A DNA stretch of 64,000 bases from an uncultured virus (IMG/VR IMGVR_UViG_3300005356_000004). Its lineage: Duplodnaviria > Heunggongvirae > Uroviricota > Caudoviricetes. The stretch is taken from IMG/VR virus record IMGVR_UViG_3300005356_000004; one strand, given 5' to 3'. Shown here piece after piece: positions 18,071-28,084 of the stretch. Position numbers and translations under genes: made by a program. The notes under the pieces were generated by a model, which searched no databases, was not told where the DNA came from, and saw only the letters and a list, made by a program, of their open reading frames with translations. How positions within the stretch are numbered: position 1 is the stretch's first letter; each line of letters begins with the position of its first letter.

Positions 18071-19552
18071 TCAGTCCAGGTACGATTGGTCGCTGTCGAG
18101 CAGGTGGGCCGAGGAGCCCAACAGCAAGGTGATGTCCGGCGGAACCGGTGGCGCACCCGAACCGGCCATGCCGATCTGCTGGAACATCATCGCCGCGACG
18201 TGCCGCTCGGTCGTGGTCGTCCAGTAGATGTACGGTGCTACGTAGTAGGCATCAACAGGGCTCAGGAACATCGAGGCGAACTTCACCCAGGCGGACGGGC
18301 TGGCATCGCCTCCGGCCACCGAGTTGGTGACCTCATCAACGTCCAGGATGTTCCCGTCCTGGTCGAACCACACCACTCCCATGTCGAAGTCATGCCCCGC
18401 TGCCCCGCCGTACTGGTAGAAGCCGAAGACGTAGTCGGTGTCCGGGTTGATCGGGATCTGCCTTGTCATCGGTGACAAGGCGTTGTTGAGGCCGTAGATG
18501 ATGCCACCAGCAGCACTGAAGTTGACGTCCAAGGTGGCCGTGCCATGGGGCGGTGGCGGTGCAAACGTCGCATCCCGGGCGATCGTGGTCGTCCCCCAGG
18601 CACTGCCGTTGCCGAAGGCCGAGTCAACAGCATTGATGCCATCAGCAACCAGATCGGTCACCGGGAACCAGAACCCTGTGCCGTTGGCGAAGTCGGCATC
18701 GTCTGGTGTCAGCAACAAGTTGTCCGTGCCCGCCACGACATCGCACTCCCAGTTGGTGCACGCCTCGATCAGGATCTCCAGGCCGAGGATGCTGCCCCGC
18801 AGTGAGATGACGTCATTGATCACCCGGGCCAGCGAGTTGCGGCGCGGCCCCATGGCAGGCTCGTCATCGAAGCCCACCATGTTCAGGTACAGGCCCAGGA
18901 ACGGGCTCCGGTCGGCGTCATAGGCCGACAGCGGGCCACAGTCGAGCAGCGTGTAGGAGTAATCAAGTCCGTAGCCGAAGATGCTCAGGAAGCGCTGGAG
19001 TTGCCCTCGCTCGCCGTCGATGGCGTTGCCGTGGTCGACGTAGCGGTAGAACTCGGGCAGTGCTCCATACAGCAACTGCGTCATCTGGTAGTCCCGGGGC
19101 AAGATGCCCCGGGCATGGGTGGCCACCGACCACTGCGTGTCGTCAGCGATCAGGCCGTTGCGGATCATCAGCCCGTAGTAGTAGATGTTCCCACCGGTCA
19201 GCGGCCGGTCGAGCACGATGTAGGACAGCGTGTCGTTGGTTCCGTCACCATCGCTGTCGATGTTCATCAGTGCCGGGGTGAACTTGGCAACTGTCACACC
19301 GTCGAGCGGCGTCACCGGGTAGGTGAACCCACAGCGCACCACTGTCGCCTGGTCCCAAGGCACACCGGCCGGGATGCGCACCCAGATCTGCATGGCGTCG
19401 TAGCCCACCGGCCGGGTGAGGATGCTGGTGCTGTTGAATGCACCCTCGGGGATCGGCACCGGGCCGTAGCGCAGCGGGGTGTTGATGTCCGGCGAGCGCA
19501 GCAGGGAGCCACCCTCGACTCGCCGCAGCCGGAAGGACTCGACATCGCTCAC
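18071..19552 (-). CDS. baseplate wedge/tail protein (P2 gpI-like) with C-terminal carbohydrate-binding-like domain
   Basis: LPEFYR...LQRFLSIFG...RGSILGLE; follows the baseplate J gene. Confidence 0.75.
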   Translation of the reverse strand: MSDVESFRLRRVEGGSLLRSPDINTPLRYGPVPIPEGAFNSTSILTRPVGYDAMQIWVRIPAGVPWDQATVVRCGFTYPVTPLDGVTVAKFTPALMNIDSDGDGTNDTLSYIVLDRPLTGGNIYYYGLMIRNGLIADDTQWSVATHARGILPRDYQMTQLLYGALPEFYRYVDHGNAIDGERGQLQRFLSIFGYGLDYSYTLLDCGPLSAYDADRSPFLGLYLNMVGFDDEPAMGPRRNSLARVINDVISLRGSILGLEILIEACTNWECDVVAGTDNLLLTPDDADFANGTGFWFPVTDLVADGINAVDSAFGNGSAWGTTTIARDATFAPPPPHGTATLDVNFSAAGGIIYGLNNALSPMTRQIPINPDTDYVFGFYQYGGAAGHDFDMGVVWFDQDGNILDVDEVTNSVAGGDASPSAWVKFASMFLSPVDAYYVAPYIYWTTTTERHVAAMMFQQIGMAGSGAPPVPPDITLLLGSSAHLLDSDQSYLD

Positions 19553-21000
19553 GGCGTGGTCCCCGGCAGCAAGCCGCCTTCCATCGTGATCGTGAGGTTG
19601 GCATCATCCAACCGCGGGATCTCGACGTCGTCGGGCACGAAGTCGACCAACGGGCTCGGGTTGGGCTGACCCAACTCGTGGAAGGCGTTCACGGTGACGT
19701 AGGCAACACCTGGCGGGCTCTGAGAGGCCTCATAGATGCTCCCCAGCGTCACCCGGCCCTTCTCCCCGAAGAACGAGTTCTCGAAGGCGAACAGATCCTT
19801 CAGGGCGTCCTGCACCTGGGTCTGAGTGGTCAACTGCGGGTACTCGTGGCGGACGTGCACGGTGATGTCGAGCACGAGGTCGACGTAGGTCGGGTCCTGC
19901 ACGAACACCGAGGCGCCGATCACCGAGCGGGCCTCGACGTAGGACTTCACGTAGTCCTTCAGCGCCGTGTCCGGCATACCACCGCCGACCGGGGCGATGT
20001 TGATGAAGATGCTCGTGTAGTAGTCACCACGGGCCGTGGACTTGGCTACGGTCGGGACCTGCATGGCCAGGGCGGCGTAGTCGTCCAGCGTGACGGCCCG
20101 ATCCAGCACCCGGGTGGCCCGGGGGATCGAGTTGCGCATCTGGTCCAGCGACTCGGGGTCGGCCCCACCTGAGGCAGCGGTCATGTTGATGACGGAAACA
20201 CCAGCCAGAGGAGTGACCATCTCGGAGATCGTCAACTCCGGGGTGTTGCCTGCTGCACCAGCACCGGTCCGGTAGGTGACGAAGATCCGGCCCATGGTCG
20301 GCGGGATGCGCCCGTGCAGGCTGTCCCCGAAGCGGACCATCACGTTGCCCAGGTCGTCCAGCACCGTAGTGTAGACGGAAGCATCGAAGGCCACATCGGC
20401 CAGGTAGTCGACGTAGGTCCACACCGTGCGCCGTCCGTCCGCCTCCTCGATCTCGACGTGCAGCGAGCGTTCAATGACGCTCTCGTTGAGCAGCGGGTAG
20501 ACCTGCAACGGCGCCCCGTTCGAGTCGCCCAGGTACTCGTTGGTCCGGGTGCGGCCCTCATAGGCCAGCACCGTGCCGGTGGGTGTGCCCGGATTGGCGA
20601 GCACGAGTTCGGAGCCGGTCTCGTACACCACGTCGTTGCGGTTCGGGATGCGCACCAGTGTGCCGGTCGGGATGGTCAACGTGGTGGCGGAAGCATCCAA
20701 GGTGAACGTCAGCACCACTGACGCCGCCTGCCGTGAGACCGGCTTGTAGTTGAACAGGTCAGCGATGGCCAGCACGCTCTGGCGCCGGACCGCCGTCTTC
20801 AGGAAGGGCTCGGCCGCGGCACGGTCGATGTAGAAGTTGGTGATGTCCTCGGCGTAGGCGAACAACTCCATGATCATCGTGCCCATGTCGGCAGGCTCGC
20901 CAGCGGTCACCCACTCCGGCATGCGCTCCCGGGCCACGGTCACCAGGAACGAGCGGATCGACTCGTAGTCCCTGTTGGTGTAATCCATCTCGGTCGGCAT
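19549..21000 (-). CDS. baseplate J-like protein
   Basis: DYTNRDYESIR, YIDRAAAEPFL.TA, FGD...GRIP, GGADPES, RAVTLDDY. Confidence 0.93.
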   Translation of the reverse strand: MPTEMDYTNRDYESIRSFLVTVARERMPEWVTAGEPADMGTMIMELFAYAEDITNFYIDRAAAEPFLKTAVRRQSVLAIADLFNYKPVSRQAASVVLTFTLDASATTLTIPTGTLVRIPNRNDVVYETGSELVLANPGTPTGTVLAYEGRTRTNEYLGDSNGAPLQVYPLLNESVIERSLHVEIEEADGRRTVWTYVDYLADVAFDASVYTTVLDDLGNVMVRFGDSLHGRIPPTMGRIFVTYRTGAGAAGNTPELTISEMVTPLAGVSVINMTAASGGADPESLDQMRNSIPRATRVLDRAVTLDDYAALAMQVPTVAKSTARGDYYTSIFINIAPVGGGMPDTALKDYVKSYVEARSVIGASVFVQDPTYVDLVLDITVHVRHEYPQLTTQTQVQDALKDLFAFENSFFGEKGRVTLGSIYEASQSPPGVAYVTVNAFHELGQPNPSPLVDFVPDDVEIPRLDDANLTITMEGGLLPGTTP

Positions 21001-21392
21001 CAGACCTGCGACTCCTGGGAGAGGGTGGACTGGACGGGGATGCGGAGACGCTGGGCGTCATCAGCCGGGTTCGCTCGGTACAGCACGTCGATGATGAGAT
21101 AACTGTTGCGATCGGGGTCCGGAGAGATCTTGATGCTGGAGACAAGCACCCGTGGAGCGCAGTCCTTCACCCGGTCGGCCACCTGCTGGGCAAGGTCGGA
21201 CTGGGACACCGAGTCCCGTGGGTCGAAGACCGTCCTACTGATGTCGGAACCATACCGGGCTCGCTGAGCACGCTCCAGGAAGTTCGTCATCAGCACGTCG
21301 ATCGCCTGGCCCCGGACCACCTGCGAGTAGTCCGTGGTCGTGGCGACGGTGCCCGACAGCGTGATGTGGAAGGGGAAGGACAGGACGCGCAT
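21000..21392 (-). CDS. baseplate wedge subunit, gp25/gpW-like
   Basis: VLMTNFLERAQRARYGS...FDP...PRV matches the gp25 family pattern. Confidence 0.85.
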   Translation of the reverse strand: MRVLSFPFHITLSGTVATTTDYSQVVRGQAIDVLMTNFLERAQRARYGSDISRTVFDPRDSVSQSDLAQQVADRVKDCAPRVLVSSIKISPDPDRNSYLIIDVLYRANPADDAQRLRIPVQSTLSQESQV

Positions 21393-22522
21393 CACACCCT
21401 CCAGGTGGAGACCCACTTGTTGTCATGACTGGCTTGCACCGTGGGCGCTCCCTTCTTGCCGTACCACCAGTTCGGTGCTCGAACCGCTGACAGTAGATGG
21501 TAGGGGTAGCGGCGCAGCAGGAGGTGACTCCGATATGACGTCATCGTGATCTCATGCGTCACCTGCGCCACGTACCACGGGCCGTCGAAGGGGCTCTGGG
21601 AGAACACCTTCTGCGATGTCCGGAACGATGCTGTGACACCAGGGACGAGCGACCGCAGCCCTCCGACCTCAGCGACGGCCTCGGCCACCCAGCGAGGATC
21701 GTTGAGCGATGTCTTCTGGAGCAGCGCTGCCTCCTCCATCGAGGAGAAGGCCCGCCCGGTGGCGAAGCGAGTGCCGAGCCCGGACGGCGTCGAGGGAGTC
21801 TGGCGCACGAGCACATCCTTGCCCGACAGCAGACCCACCACCGGCTCGTGCGACTCCGGCAGGTCCGGCGAGAAGTTGAGCGGCTTGAACTCGTACAGGA
21901 TCTCGTCGTCGTACTGGGACTTGCTGCGGAACTCGGTCACCGGGATGTACTTGTCCTGGGCATACTCCGGTGTGACGAGCCGCACCACACCGTCCTGGGC
22001 GATGATGACGGCACCAACCATGTTGGCCAGGTAGCAGATGAACTCCCAGTCCGACTCCTCGGTCTGGGCCAGCGCTGGCCAGCGGTAGGAACTACGGGTC
22101 TGATCGGTCTCGTCGTTGAAGCCGAGCCGGTTGTCGAGTGCCACCTGTCGCACCACCTCGGGCACGCTGACATCATCGAAGAACCGCGGCCTGCCGCTCT
22201 TCAGCACCGTGGAAGTGCCGAGCGCCGAGATGGTCTGCTGGTACAGACCCTGGCGCATGTTGACCGCTGGTGACACATCAGTGATGTAGCCGAAGAAGAC
22301 CTTGGACGGCTTGCGGCCGTACTCGAAGCGAACCCGGGAGCCAGGGCCGGTGCGGTAGTCCATGGACTTGTGGAGCCGCACGGTGATCATCGCCTTGTCG
22401 TGCTGGTTCTCGGCCATGTCGATGCCAACAGAATCCATGAAGCCGGTGTACAGCAGCCCGTTGATCTCCAGGTGCTGCGCCATCCGCACGGTGGTGGTCT
22501 CGGGGACCTTGCTGACCGTCAT
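21392..22522 (-). CDS. baseplate hub protein (late control D/gp27-like)
   Basis: FFGYIT, QTEESDWEFICYLA, GPWYVAQVTHEI. Confidence 0.85.
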   Translation of the reverse strand: MTVSKVPETTTVRMAQHLEINGLLYTGFMDSVGIDMAENQHDKAMITVRLHKSMDYRTGPGSRVRFEYGRKPSKVFFGYITDVSPAVNMRQGLYQQTISALGTSTVLKSGRPRFFDDVSVPEVVRQVALDNRLGFNDETDQTRSSYRWPALAQTEESDWEFICYLANMVGAVIIAQDGVVRLVTPEYAQDKYIPVTEFRSKSQYDDEILYEFKPLNFSPDLPESHEPVVGLLSGKDVLVRQTPSTPSGLGTRFATGRAFSSMEEAALLQKTSLNDPRWVAEAVAEVGGLRSLVPGVTASFRTSQKVFSQSPFDGPWYVAQVTHEITMTSYRSHLLLRRYPYHLLSAVRAPNWWYGKKGAPTVQASHDNKWVSTWRV

Positions 22523-22797
22523 TGCGGCACCCGCACCGGATCGCCCGGCCTGATGTGCAGCGGCGAGAAGATCTGCGGGTTGGCATCTGCCAACAGCCAC
22601 CACTTGTCGGTGTCACGGTAGTACAGCGAGGCGAGGGTGTGCAGCGTGTCACCCTCCCGGACGATGTGCACGAAGTATGGTGCCGTCAACACCGTGATCG
22701 TGTTGAGGTAAGCAGCGAACTTGGTGGTGTCCCGGGCAGGTGCCCAAATGAACTCGGCATCGGTGTAGCGGGAACCATCTCGGATCATGATGCCCAC
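22519..22797 (-). CDS. LysM/tail-X baseplate protein
   Basis: VREGDTLHTLASLYY.D.DKWWLLADANP...PGDPVRVP. Confidence 0.9.
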   Translation of the reverse strand: MGIMIRDGSRYTDAEFIWAPARDTTKFAAYLNTITVLTAPYFVHIVREGDTLHTLASLYYRDTDKWWLLADANPQIFSPLHIRPGDPVRVPQ

Positions 22798-24533
22798 CAG
22801 TCCCCCGTGCCTCGGGTACCTGTGGGACCGCTCGCGGCAACCTTGGTCGTCTCATCCTTCGGCTGCGGACGAGCCATGTACTCGTAGCCGTTCCTGATGT
22901 GGTCCTTGGTCATGGTGGTCACCTGGATCCCTCGACCACCTGATGTGCCGTTGTTCCCCGATGTGCAGTGCACGATCGGGATCGAATCACCGACAGGGTT
23001 CCCGGCTGTCATGATGATGTGCCCGTTGGGACCACTCGGTGAGCGGCAGATGATGTCACCGGCAGCAACTTGCAGCCAGGCCCGCTCAAAGGCACTCGGA
23101 TCTTCCTTGATGGTGGAAACACTCTTCTTCCACGGCGCTCCACCGAGCACGCGCCACGTAGGCCACGATCCTCCCAGCCCAGCACCCTGGAAGCGGAGCA
23201 TGTGCATGTCGAAGATGTGCTTGGTCAACGTCAGAGTGTCCGGTGCTTGCACAGCGCCGAAGAGCGAGACGGGCCACTGCACCGGCCTGAGTGTGGTCCC
23301 GGTCAGGACTTTCGGCTGCGGTCTCGTGTAGCAGAAGAAGATGAACGACGAGCAGTCGGCATACGCGGGGCTGCCGTTCCAGTTGAGACGCAACGAGGAG
23401 TTGTAGGAGACCACCTGTGCCGCAGCAAGGTCTCGCCCGAACTGGGCTGCCGTCGAGCGTCCGATCCTGTTGTACTCAGCAGCATTGGGGTCGGCCACCA
23501 TGTTTCCGTCGGTGTCGGAAGGGATACCCCCACTACCGAGGCCCAAACCACTGCTACCACCACCAGGATTGGTGTTGTTCTGAGTGGCAGCCGTTGTCAC
23601 CGCCATCAACGTGAGACTGATCGAGAGCGTCATCCGGGTGGGAATCATGCGAGTGGAGAACTTCTCGAAGACCACCGTGGCACCGCGGATCACACCCTCG
23701 AAGTGCAGGTTGGGGCTGAACACGATGGCCACGTGGTAGTCCATGTTCAGCACGATCGTGTCGGTGGAAGCACCCGTGTTCCCGTCGATGTTCAGGTAGG
23801 TGTCGTCCCACTCCAGTCCTTCGGCCCCCCTCTTCAGAAACTTCATGCCGGGAGCGCCCTTCTCCCGTGTCAACACATCAAACACCTGAAGGTCCACCAG
23901 CACGCCCGGGTGCGTGGCGTCCTTGGCCACCTCGACCTGGCGGTCGAAGAACAACGAGAACTCCACCGAGGACATGGCGAAGTAGTTGAGATTCCCTGCC
24001 GAGTCCCCGCGATCTACGAAGTCGGCGTTGGGCACGTCCAACTGCGAGATGTAGGTCCGCTGGATCTGATCAGGGTTGAACATGAAGTAGAGCCGGGCGT
24101 ACATCCGAGGGTCACCCGGGTTGTTGGCGGTATCACGTCGCCGGATGTAACCACGCAGGACCCGGTTCAGCCCAGCCTTGTGCCCTGGTCCATAGACGTT
24201 GTTGGGACTCGCATCAGGCTCGGCATACAACCATGCTGGCCCCTCCGAGGAGCCGAGCATCTGTCCAGCGCCGAGGAACGGTGGGTTGGACAACTGGTAC
24301 GGCCCGTACCCAAGGCCCAACTTGTTGACATCAGCAAGGAACTGCGACCAGTCCAATCGCTCGTAGAGATAACGGTCCAGCGGGATCTCCGCGAAACGCC
24401 CGGCGTTGGTAGCACCAGGCACCCAGGCATCCTTGGGACCCATCGGCATGACGTCATAGGGGTACTTCCCCATGAACGTCCCGTAGTCCTGGAAGGGCGG
24501 GATGCGGATGCCGTGCGTGAACTCGCTGCCCAT
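22785..24533 (-). CDS. tail tube initiator fused to an NlpC/P60-like domain
   Basis: FMFNPDQI...LFFDR...GVLVDL (CIS tube initiator-like); C-terminal DCSSFI...GDII...GHIIM...HC. Confidence 0.75.
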   Translation of the reverse strand: MGSEFTHGIRIPPFQDYGTFMGKYPYDVMPMGPKDAWVPGATNAGRFAEIPLDRYLYERLDWSQFLADVNKLGLGYGPYQLSNPPFLGAGQMLGSSEGPAWLYAEPDASPNNVYGPGHKAGLNRVLRGYIRRRDTANNPGDPRMYARLYFMFNPDQIQRTYISQLDVPNADFVDRGDSAGNLNYFAMSSVEFSLFFDRQVEVAKDATHPGVLVDLQVFDVLTREKGAPGMKFLKRGAEGLEWDDTYLNIDGNTGASTDTIVLNMDYHVAIVFSPNLHFEGVIRGATVVFEKFSTRMIPTRMTLSISLTLMAVTTAATQNNTNPGGGSSGLGLGSGGIPSDTDGNMVADPNAAEYNRIGRSTAAQFGRDLAAAQVVSYNSSLRLNWNGSPAYADCSSFIFFCYTRPQPKVLTGTTLRPVQWPVSLFGAVQAPDTLTLTKHIFDMHMLRFQGAGLGGSWPTWRVLGGAPWKKSVSTIKEDPSAFERAWLQVAAGDIICRSPSGPNGHIIMTAGNPVGDSIPIVHCTSGNNGTSGGRGIQVTTMTKDHIRNGYEYMARPQPKDETTKVAASGPTGTRGTGDWWAS

Positions 24534-27088
24534 CAGGATCTCCTCGACACGGCCCGGCGGACCTGTGCTTCCATCTTCATCGCCGCTCGCTTCAGGCTGT
24601 CCTCCAGCCCTGGCGCAGATGTACCGCCACCGCCACCTCCGACATTGATCTGGAAGTTGTTGTGGAACGTGATTCCGGCACCACCGACGATGCCTCCGAC
24701 ACCGACGTCACCGATGTAGCCCAGCGCCTTCGCTGCCGAGCGAGCCTGGTCGAACACCCCGGGGTTGACGTTGTAGGTGTTGGCCATCCCCTTGTAGCCA
24801 CCCCACGGGGTGAACTGGTTGCCCGACTGTTGATACAACGAGAACGCCGCCGCTGCGTTGACAGCAGGATCAAGCAGATCCCGAGCCGAGGAAATCCCGA
24901 ACTGCTGCAACCGCTTCTCACCCATCGAGCCCAACATGTTGATCTGCCACAGCCCGTACGAGTTGTCACCAGTACCAACGTCCATGTTCTTGGCCCCGGT
25001 GTTCCAACTCGACTCCCGGTTGGCGATGGAAACAGCCGTGATCAGATCATCACCACGGAACCCGGCGTTGTAGGCGTACTGAAGCATCTGCTCAACGGTC
25101 AGTGCTCCAGTCTCACCACTGGGGGTCACTGAGGAGGCGCCAGTGCCCCCAGCACCCGTGGCGGTGCCCGAGCCCGACGCCTTCGCCGTCATGATCCACT
25201 GCAAGGAGACGTTGCGCAGGAAGGTCTCGCGCTCACGGTCGGCCTGGGCGTCACCGACGAAGGTCGAGCCCGCCAACTGGATGTGCCACGGCTCACCGAA
25301 GCGGGAGGCCGTCTCCAACCCGAACTTGGCTGCATGCTGCTGCATCCACGCCATGGCCTGATCACTTCCACCGATGTCCACCGCTCGTCCGTGGGCGTGC
25401 TTGGACTTCCCTGGACGAGCAGCGTTGGGGTTCCCTGTTGCATACAACTTGGCCTGGTCAACCGTCGAGCGGTAGGCCGAGTTGATGCGCAGCCCAGGAT
25501 TGGCACCGAGCAGGGCATCCACACGGCTGCGGAGATCCGGTGTGAGATGTGATGTGGAACCACCAGGGTCACCTGTGAGCCACTTGGCCCAGTCGGGCGC
25601 CTTGCTCTTGTCCCCGCCGAGCCACCAGGGCCGGTTCTTGAACCATCCGGGTGCATGCTCTTCCTCGGTCTTCTCGATCCCCAGGACATCCGTGCCTGTG
25701 TACATCCCATAGAGACCTTTGTTGACGGTTACACCAACCGCACCGATCGTTGCTGCTGCCTTCTCACCACCCGCAGGCAGGTTCCCGGCTGCACGGATGA
25801 CGTCCTCCATCGTCCGATCGAAGTGCTCGATGGCCTTGGTGAGCGCCTTGTTGAGATCTTCCTGCTGCCGGAAGGCATCATCGATGGTGCTGATCAACTT
25901 CTCGTTCATCTGTGCTTCCGCTGTCACCGATGTTGCTCGCTCCAGCGCCTGTGACGGGCCACGGAGGGTTTCCATCTGCTTCTCGGTGGCCTCGAAAGCA
26001 CCTCCCTGCCCCTTGGCGTCCCAAGCGGCCTTGCCTCGGGCGTACTCGAAGAATGATGTCGTCAACTCAGGTCCCCAGCCGATGTTGGCTAGTTGTGACG
26101 TCAACTGCGAGCCCGGCTGCTGCTGGAGGTTCAGATCCTCGACGCTGAACTTCTTGCCAGCGCCCTTCTCCATCATCCGCAGGACTTCATTGAACTGCTG
26201 GAAGATGGGCTTCTGCACGCCGCCCCGCGTGTATGGCGTGAAGCCCATCGTCATCTGGGCGAACTTCCGTCCTTGGACGTTGCCGAAGTACCCAGCATAT
26301 GCCTGAGCGATCTGATCAGCCGGTGTTGATGGAAGCAAGACTTGGAGATTCTTGATGTCCTGAGAAGCGATTGCTCCTTGCTGACCCGCTCCCAAACCGA
26401 CGTTCATCAGTGTATTGACAGCACCATACCGCTCCTGCGGCGTTCCCAGGATGGGATTGCCCGCCATGGTTCCATAGACACCAGTAATCTGTTGCCTGTT
26501 GGCCAGTGCCAAACGCCCCGCCGTCTGGTTGATCTGCAACCCGATGTCCCGTGTCTCCGTGAACCGATCTGCTCCGAAGACAGCGGCTCCACCGATGAGC
26601 GCTGCACCGGCAGCAACACCTCCCATCGCCACACCGCCGAGCCCAGCCATCCGTGCCATCGAAGTTCCGAAGTTCCAGCCCGGACCGAAGCCGCCTGGCA
26701 TGCCTGCCATGACCCGGTTGGCCATGCCCCAGCCACCACCCGGCGACCCACCAGGGTTTGGCTGTGAATATGCCATCATGCTTCCGCCACCACCGCCGAT
26801 GGCTCCTTGTGCCCCACCTGAGCGCATGGTGGTGGCGGCACTCTGCATCTGACGACCGAAGCCACCGGCCTGGTAGCCCAGTCGCTCCATGTCGGTGCGC
26901 ATGCCCTGGAGCAGCGCTCGGATGCCCTGCAACTCGGAGCGGAACTCCTTCAGACCGGGCACCTCGATCTTCATCGAGGCCGACACCGTGCCAGTCATCG
27001 GCCGAGCCCGACCGAACAACGCCGTGGCGATGCGACCGCGAGAAGGCTGCGCTGAGAAGACAGCGTTGAAGTTCGGCTCGTCAGGCAT
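24533..27088 (-). CDS. tape measure protein with M15-type peptidase and lytic transglycosylase domains
   Basis: Gly/Ala helical N-terminal part; SAYRS...PGKSKHAHGRAVD...EPWH (M15); RESSWN...SYGLWQIN...LLDPAVN (SLT/lysozyme-like). Confidence 0.9.
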   Translation of the reverse strand: MPDEPNFNAVFSAQPSRGRIATALFGRARPMTGTVSASMKIEVPGLKEFRSELQGIRALLQGMRTDMERLGYQAGGFGRQMQSAATTMRSGGAQGAIGGGGGSMMAYSQPNPGGSPGGGWGMANRVMAGMPGGFGPGWNFGTSMARMAGLGGVAMGGVAAGAALIGGAAVFGADRFTETRDIGLQINQTAGRLALANRQQITGVYGTMAGNPILGTPQERYGAVNTLMNVGLGAGQQGAIASQDIKNLQVLLPSTPADQIAQAYAGYFGNVQGRKFAQMTMGFTPYTRGGVQKPIFQQFNEVLRMMEKGAGKKFSVEDLNLQQQPGSQLTSQLANIGWGPELTTSFFEYARGKAAWDAKGQGGAFEATEKQMETLRGPSQALERATSVTAEAQMNEKLISTIDDAFRQQEDLNKALTKAIEHFDRTMEDVIRAAGNLPAGGEKAAATIGAVGVTVNKGLYGMYTGTDVLGIEKTEEEHAPGWFKNRPWWLGGDKSKAPDWAKWLTGDPGGSTSHLTPDLRSRVDALLGANPGLRINSAYRSTVDQAKLYATGNPNAARPGKSKHAHGRAVDIGGSDQAMAWMQQHAAKFGLETASRFGEPWHIQLAGSTFVGDAQADRERETFLRNVSLQWIMTAKASGSGTATGAGGTGASSVTPSGETGALTVEQMLQYAYNAGFRGDDLITAVSIANRESSWNTGAKNMDVGTGDNSYGLWQINMLGSMGEKRLQQFGISSARDLLDPAVNAAAAFSLYQQSGNQFTPWGGYKGMANTYNVNPGVFDQARSAAKALGYIGDVGVGGIVGGAGITFHNNFQINVGGGGGGTSAPGLEDSLKRAAMKMEAQVRRAVSRRS

Positions 27089-27230
27089 TCAGCATCTGCC
27101 TCTCGTTGCGCCACTTGATGCTGTCAACCCAGTGGCGGCGCTCTCGCTCGGTCATGCCCTTGATCTCCGTCAGGTTCCACCCGGGGTAGTGCCGGGAGAT
27201 GAAGTCGAAGTGGATGTACAGCAGGCCCAC
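27081..27230 (-). CDS. tail assembly chaperone, short downstream frame
   Basis: YPGWNLTEIKGMTERERRHW pattern; lies between the chaperone and tape measure genes; start uncertain. Confidence 0.7.
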   Translation of the reverse strand: MGLLYIHFDFISRHYPGWNLTEIKGMTERERRHWVDSIKWRNERQMLNA

Positions 27231-27237
27231 GTTGGGC

Positions 27238-28059
27238 CTATAGAAGATCGGCCCAGGTCGGCTTGAAGACAGCGGGCTCTCCGCAAGACGCACAGGGCAA
27301 CTTCACCTCCTCGAAGTACGGGCCGGGCTGCTTCGACTGGATCTCCTCCAGCAGCCTCCGGCGGTCCGACGCGCCCATGTCCCGGGCGAAGGAGAACGAG
27401 TCCGGCAGTGGGCGTCCACCCACCTGCGTGATGGCCCGGCTCAGAAGGATGGTGTTCTGCTCGGCGGTCGTGATGTTGCGCCGCCGAACGGACTCCGCTT
27501 GGTCTGCGCCAGTGAACAAGCGGTAGTCGAGCCGGGTCCCATCACGCAGGGTGAAGACGTACTCGTCGGCGTCCGAATCCAACGAGCGCATCTTCACATC
27601 ATCGGACAGGGTGTATATGACATCATTGTTCTTGCCGCACGAGGGGCAGGTCACCACGATGGTCCGCTCGTCGCCGTAGGTCACCTTCAGGACGTTGACG
27701 AACAACAACTCCTTGTCCCCCAGCAGGAGGGAGTCGAGCATGATCCGGCACTCCTCGGGCGTGTACTTGGCGAAGTACACGCCACCGATCCGGACCACGC
27801 CCTGCACGAGCACAGCGTTGTAGTAGGAACCAATCTCCTGGTTGCCAGCCACGGCCCGGGCGATGGCCTCCTCGTCGGCGCCGGTCAGTTCCTTCACCTC
27901 GGCATCGCGCTGGAAGCGCCCCTCGTGGAACAGCCCCTTGAACAGGGTCACGTCGCCCGCCGGGGGAGGCTCCATGATCGGAGCCTCCCCAGCGATGGCC
28001 TGCTTCGCCTTCTCCAGGTCGGCCGTCGTAGTCGCTGGCGGGTTGTGCCAGTCGCTCAT
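27238..28059 (-). CDS. tail/baseplate assembly chaperone (T4 gp26-like)
   Basis: VKELTGADEE, GDKELL...TYG, CPSCG, RLFTGADQ, QPGP...CASCG. Confidence 0.8.
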   Translation of the reverse strand: MSDWHNPPATTTADLEKAKQAIAGEAPIMEPPPAGDVTLFKGLFHEGRFQRDAEVKELTGADEEAIARAVAGNQEIGSYYNAVLVQGVVRIGGVYFAKYTPEECRIMLDSLLLGDKELLFVNVLKVTYGDERTIVVTCPSCGKNNDVIYTLSDDVKMRSLDSDADEYVFTLRDGTRLDYRLFTGADQAESVRRRNITTAEQNTILLSRAITQVGGRPLPDSFSFARDMGASDRRRLLEEIQSKQPGPYFEEVKLPCASCGEPAVFKPTWADLL

Positions 28060-28084
28060 CTCTTGCTCCGTTCGTGTTGTCAGA

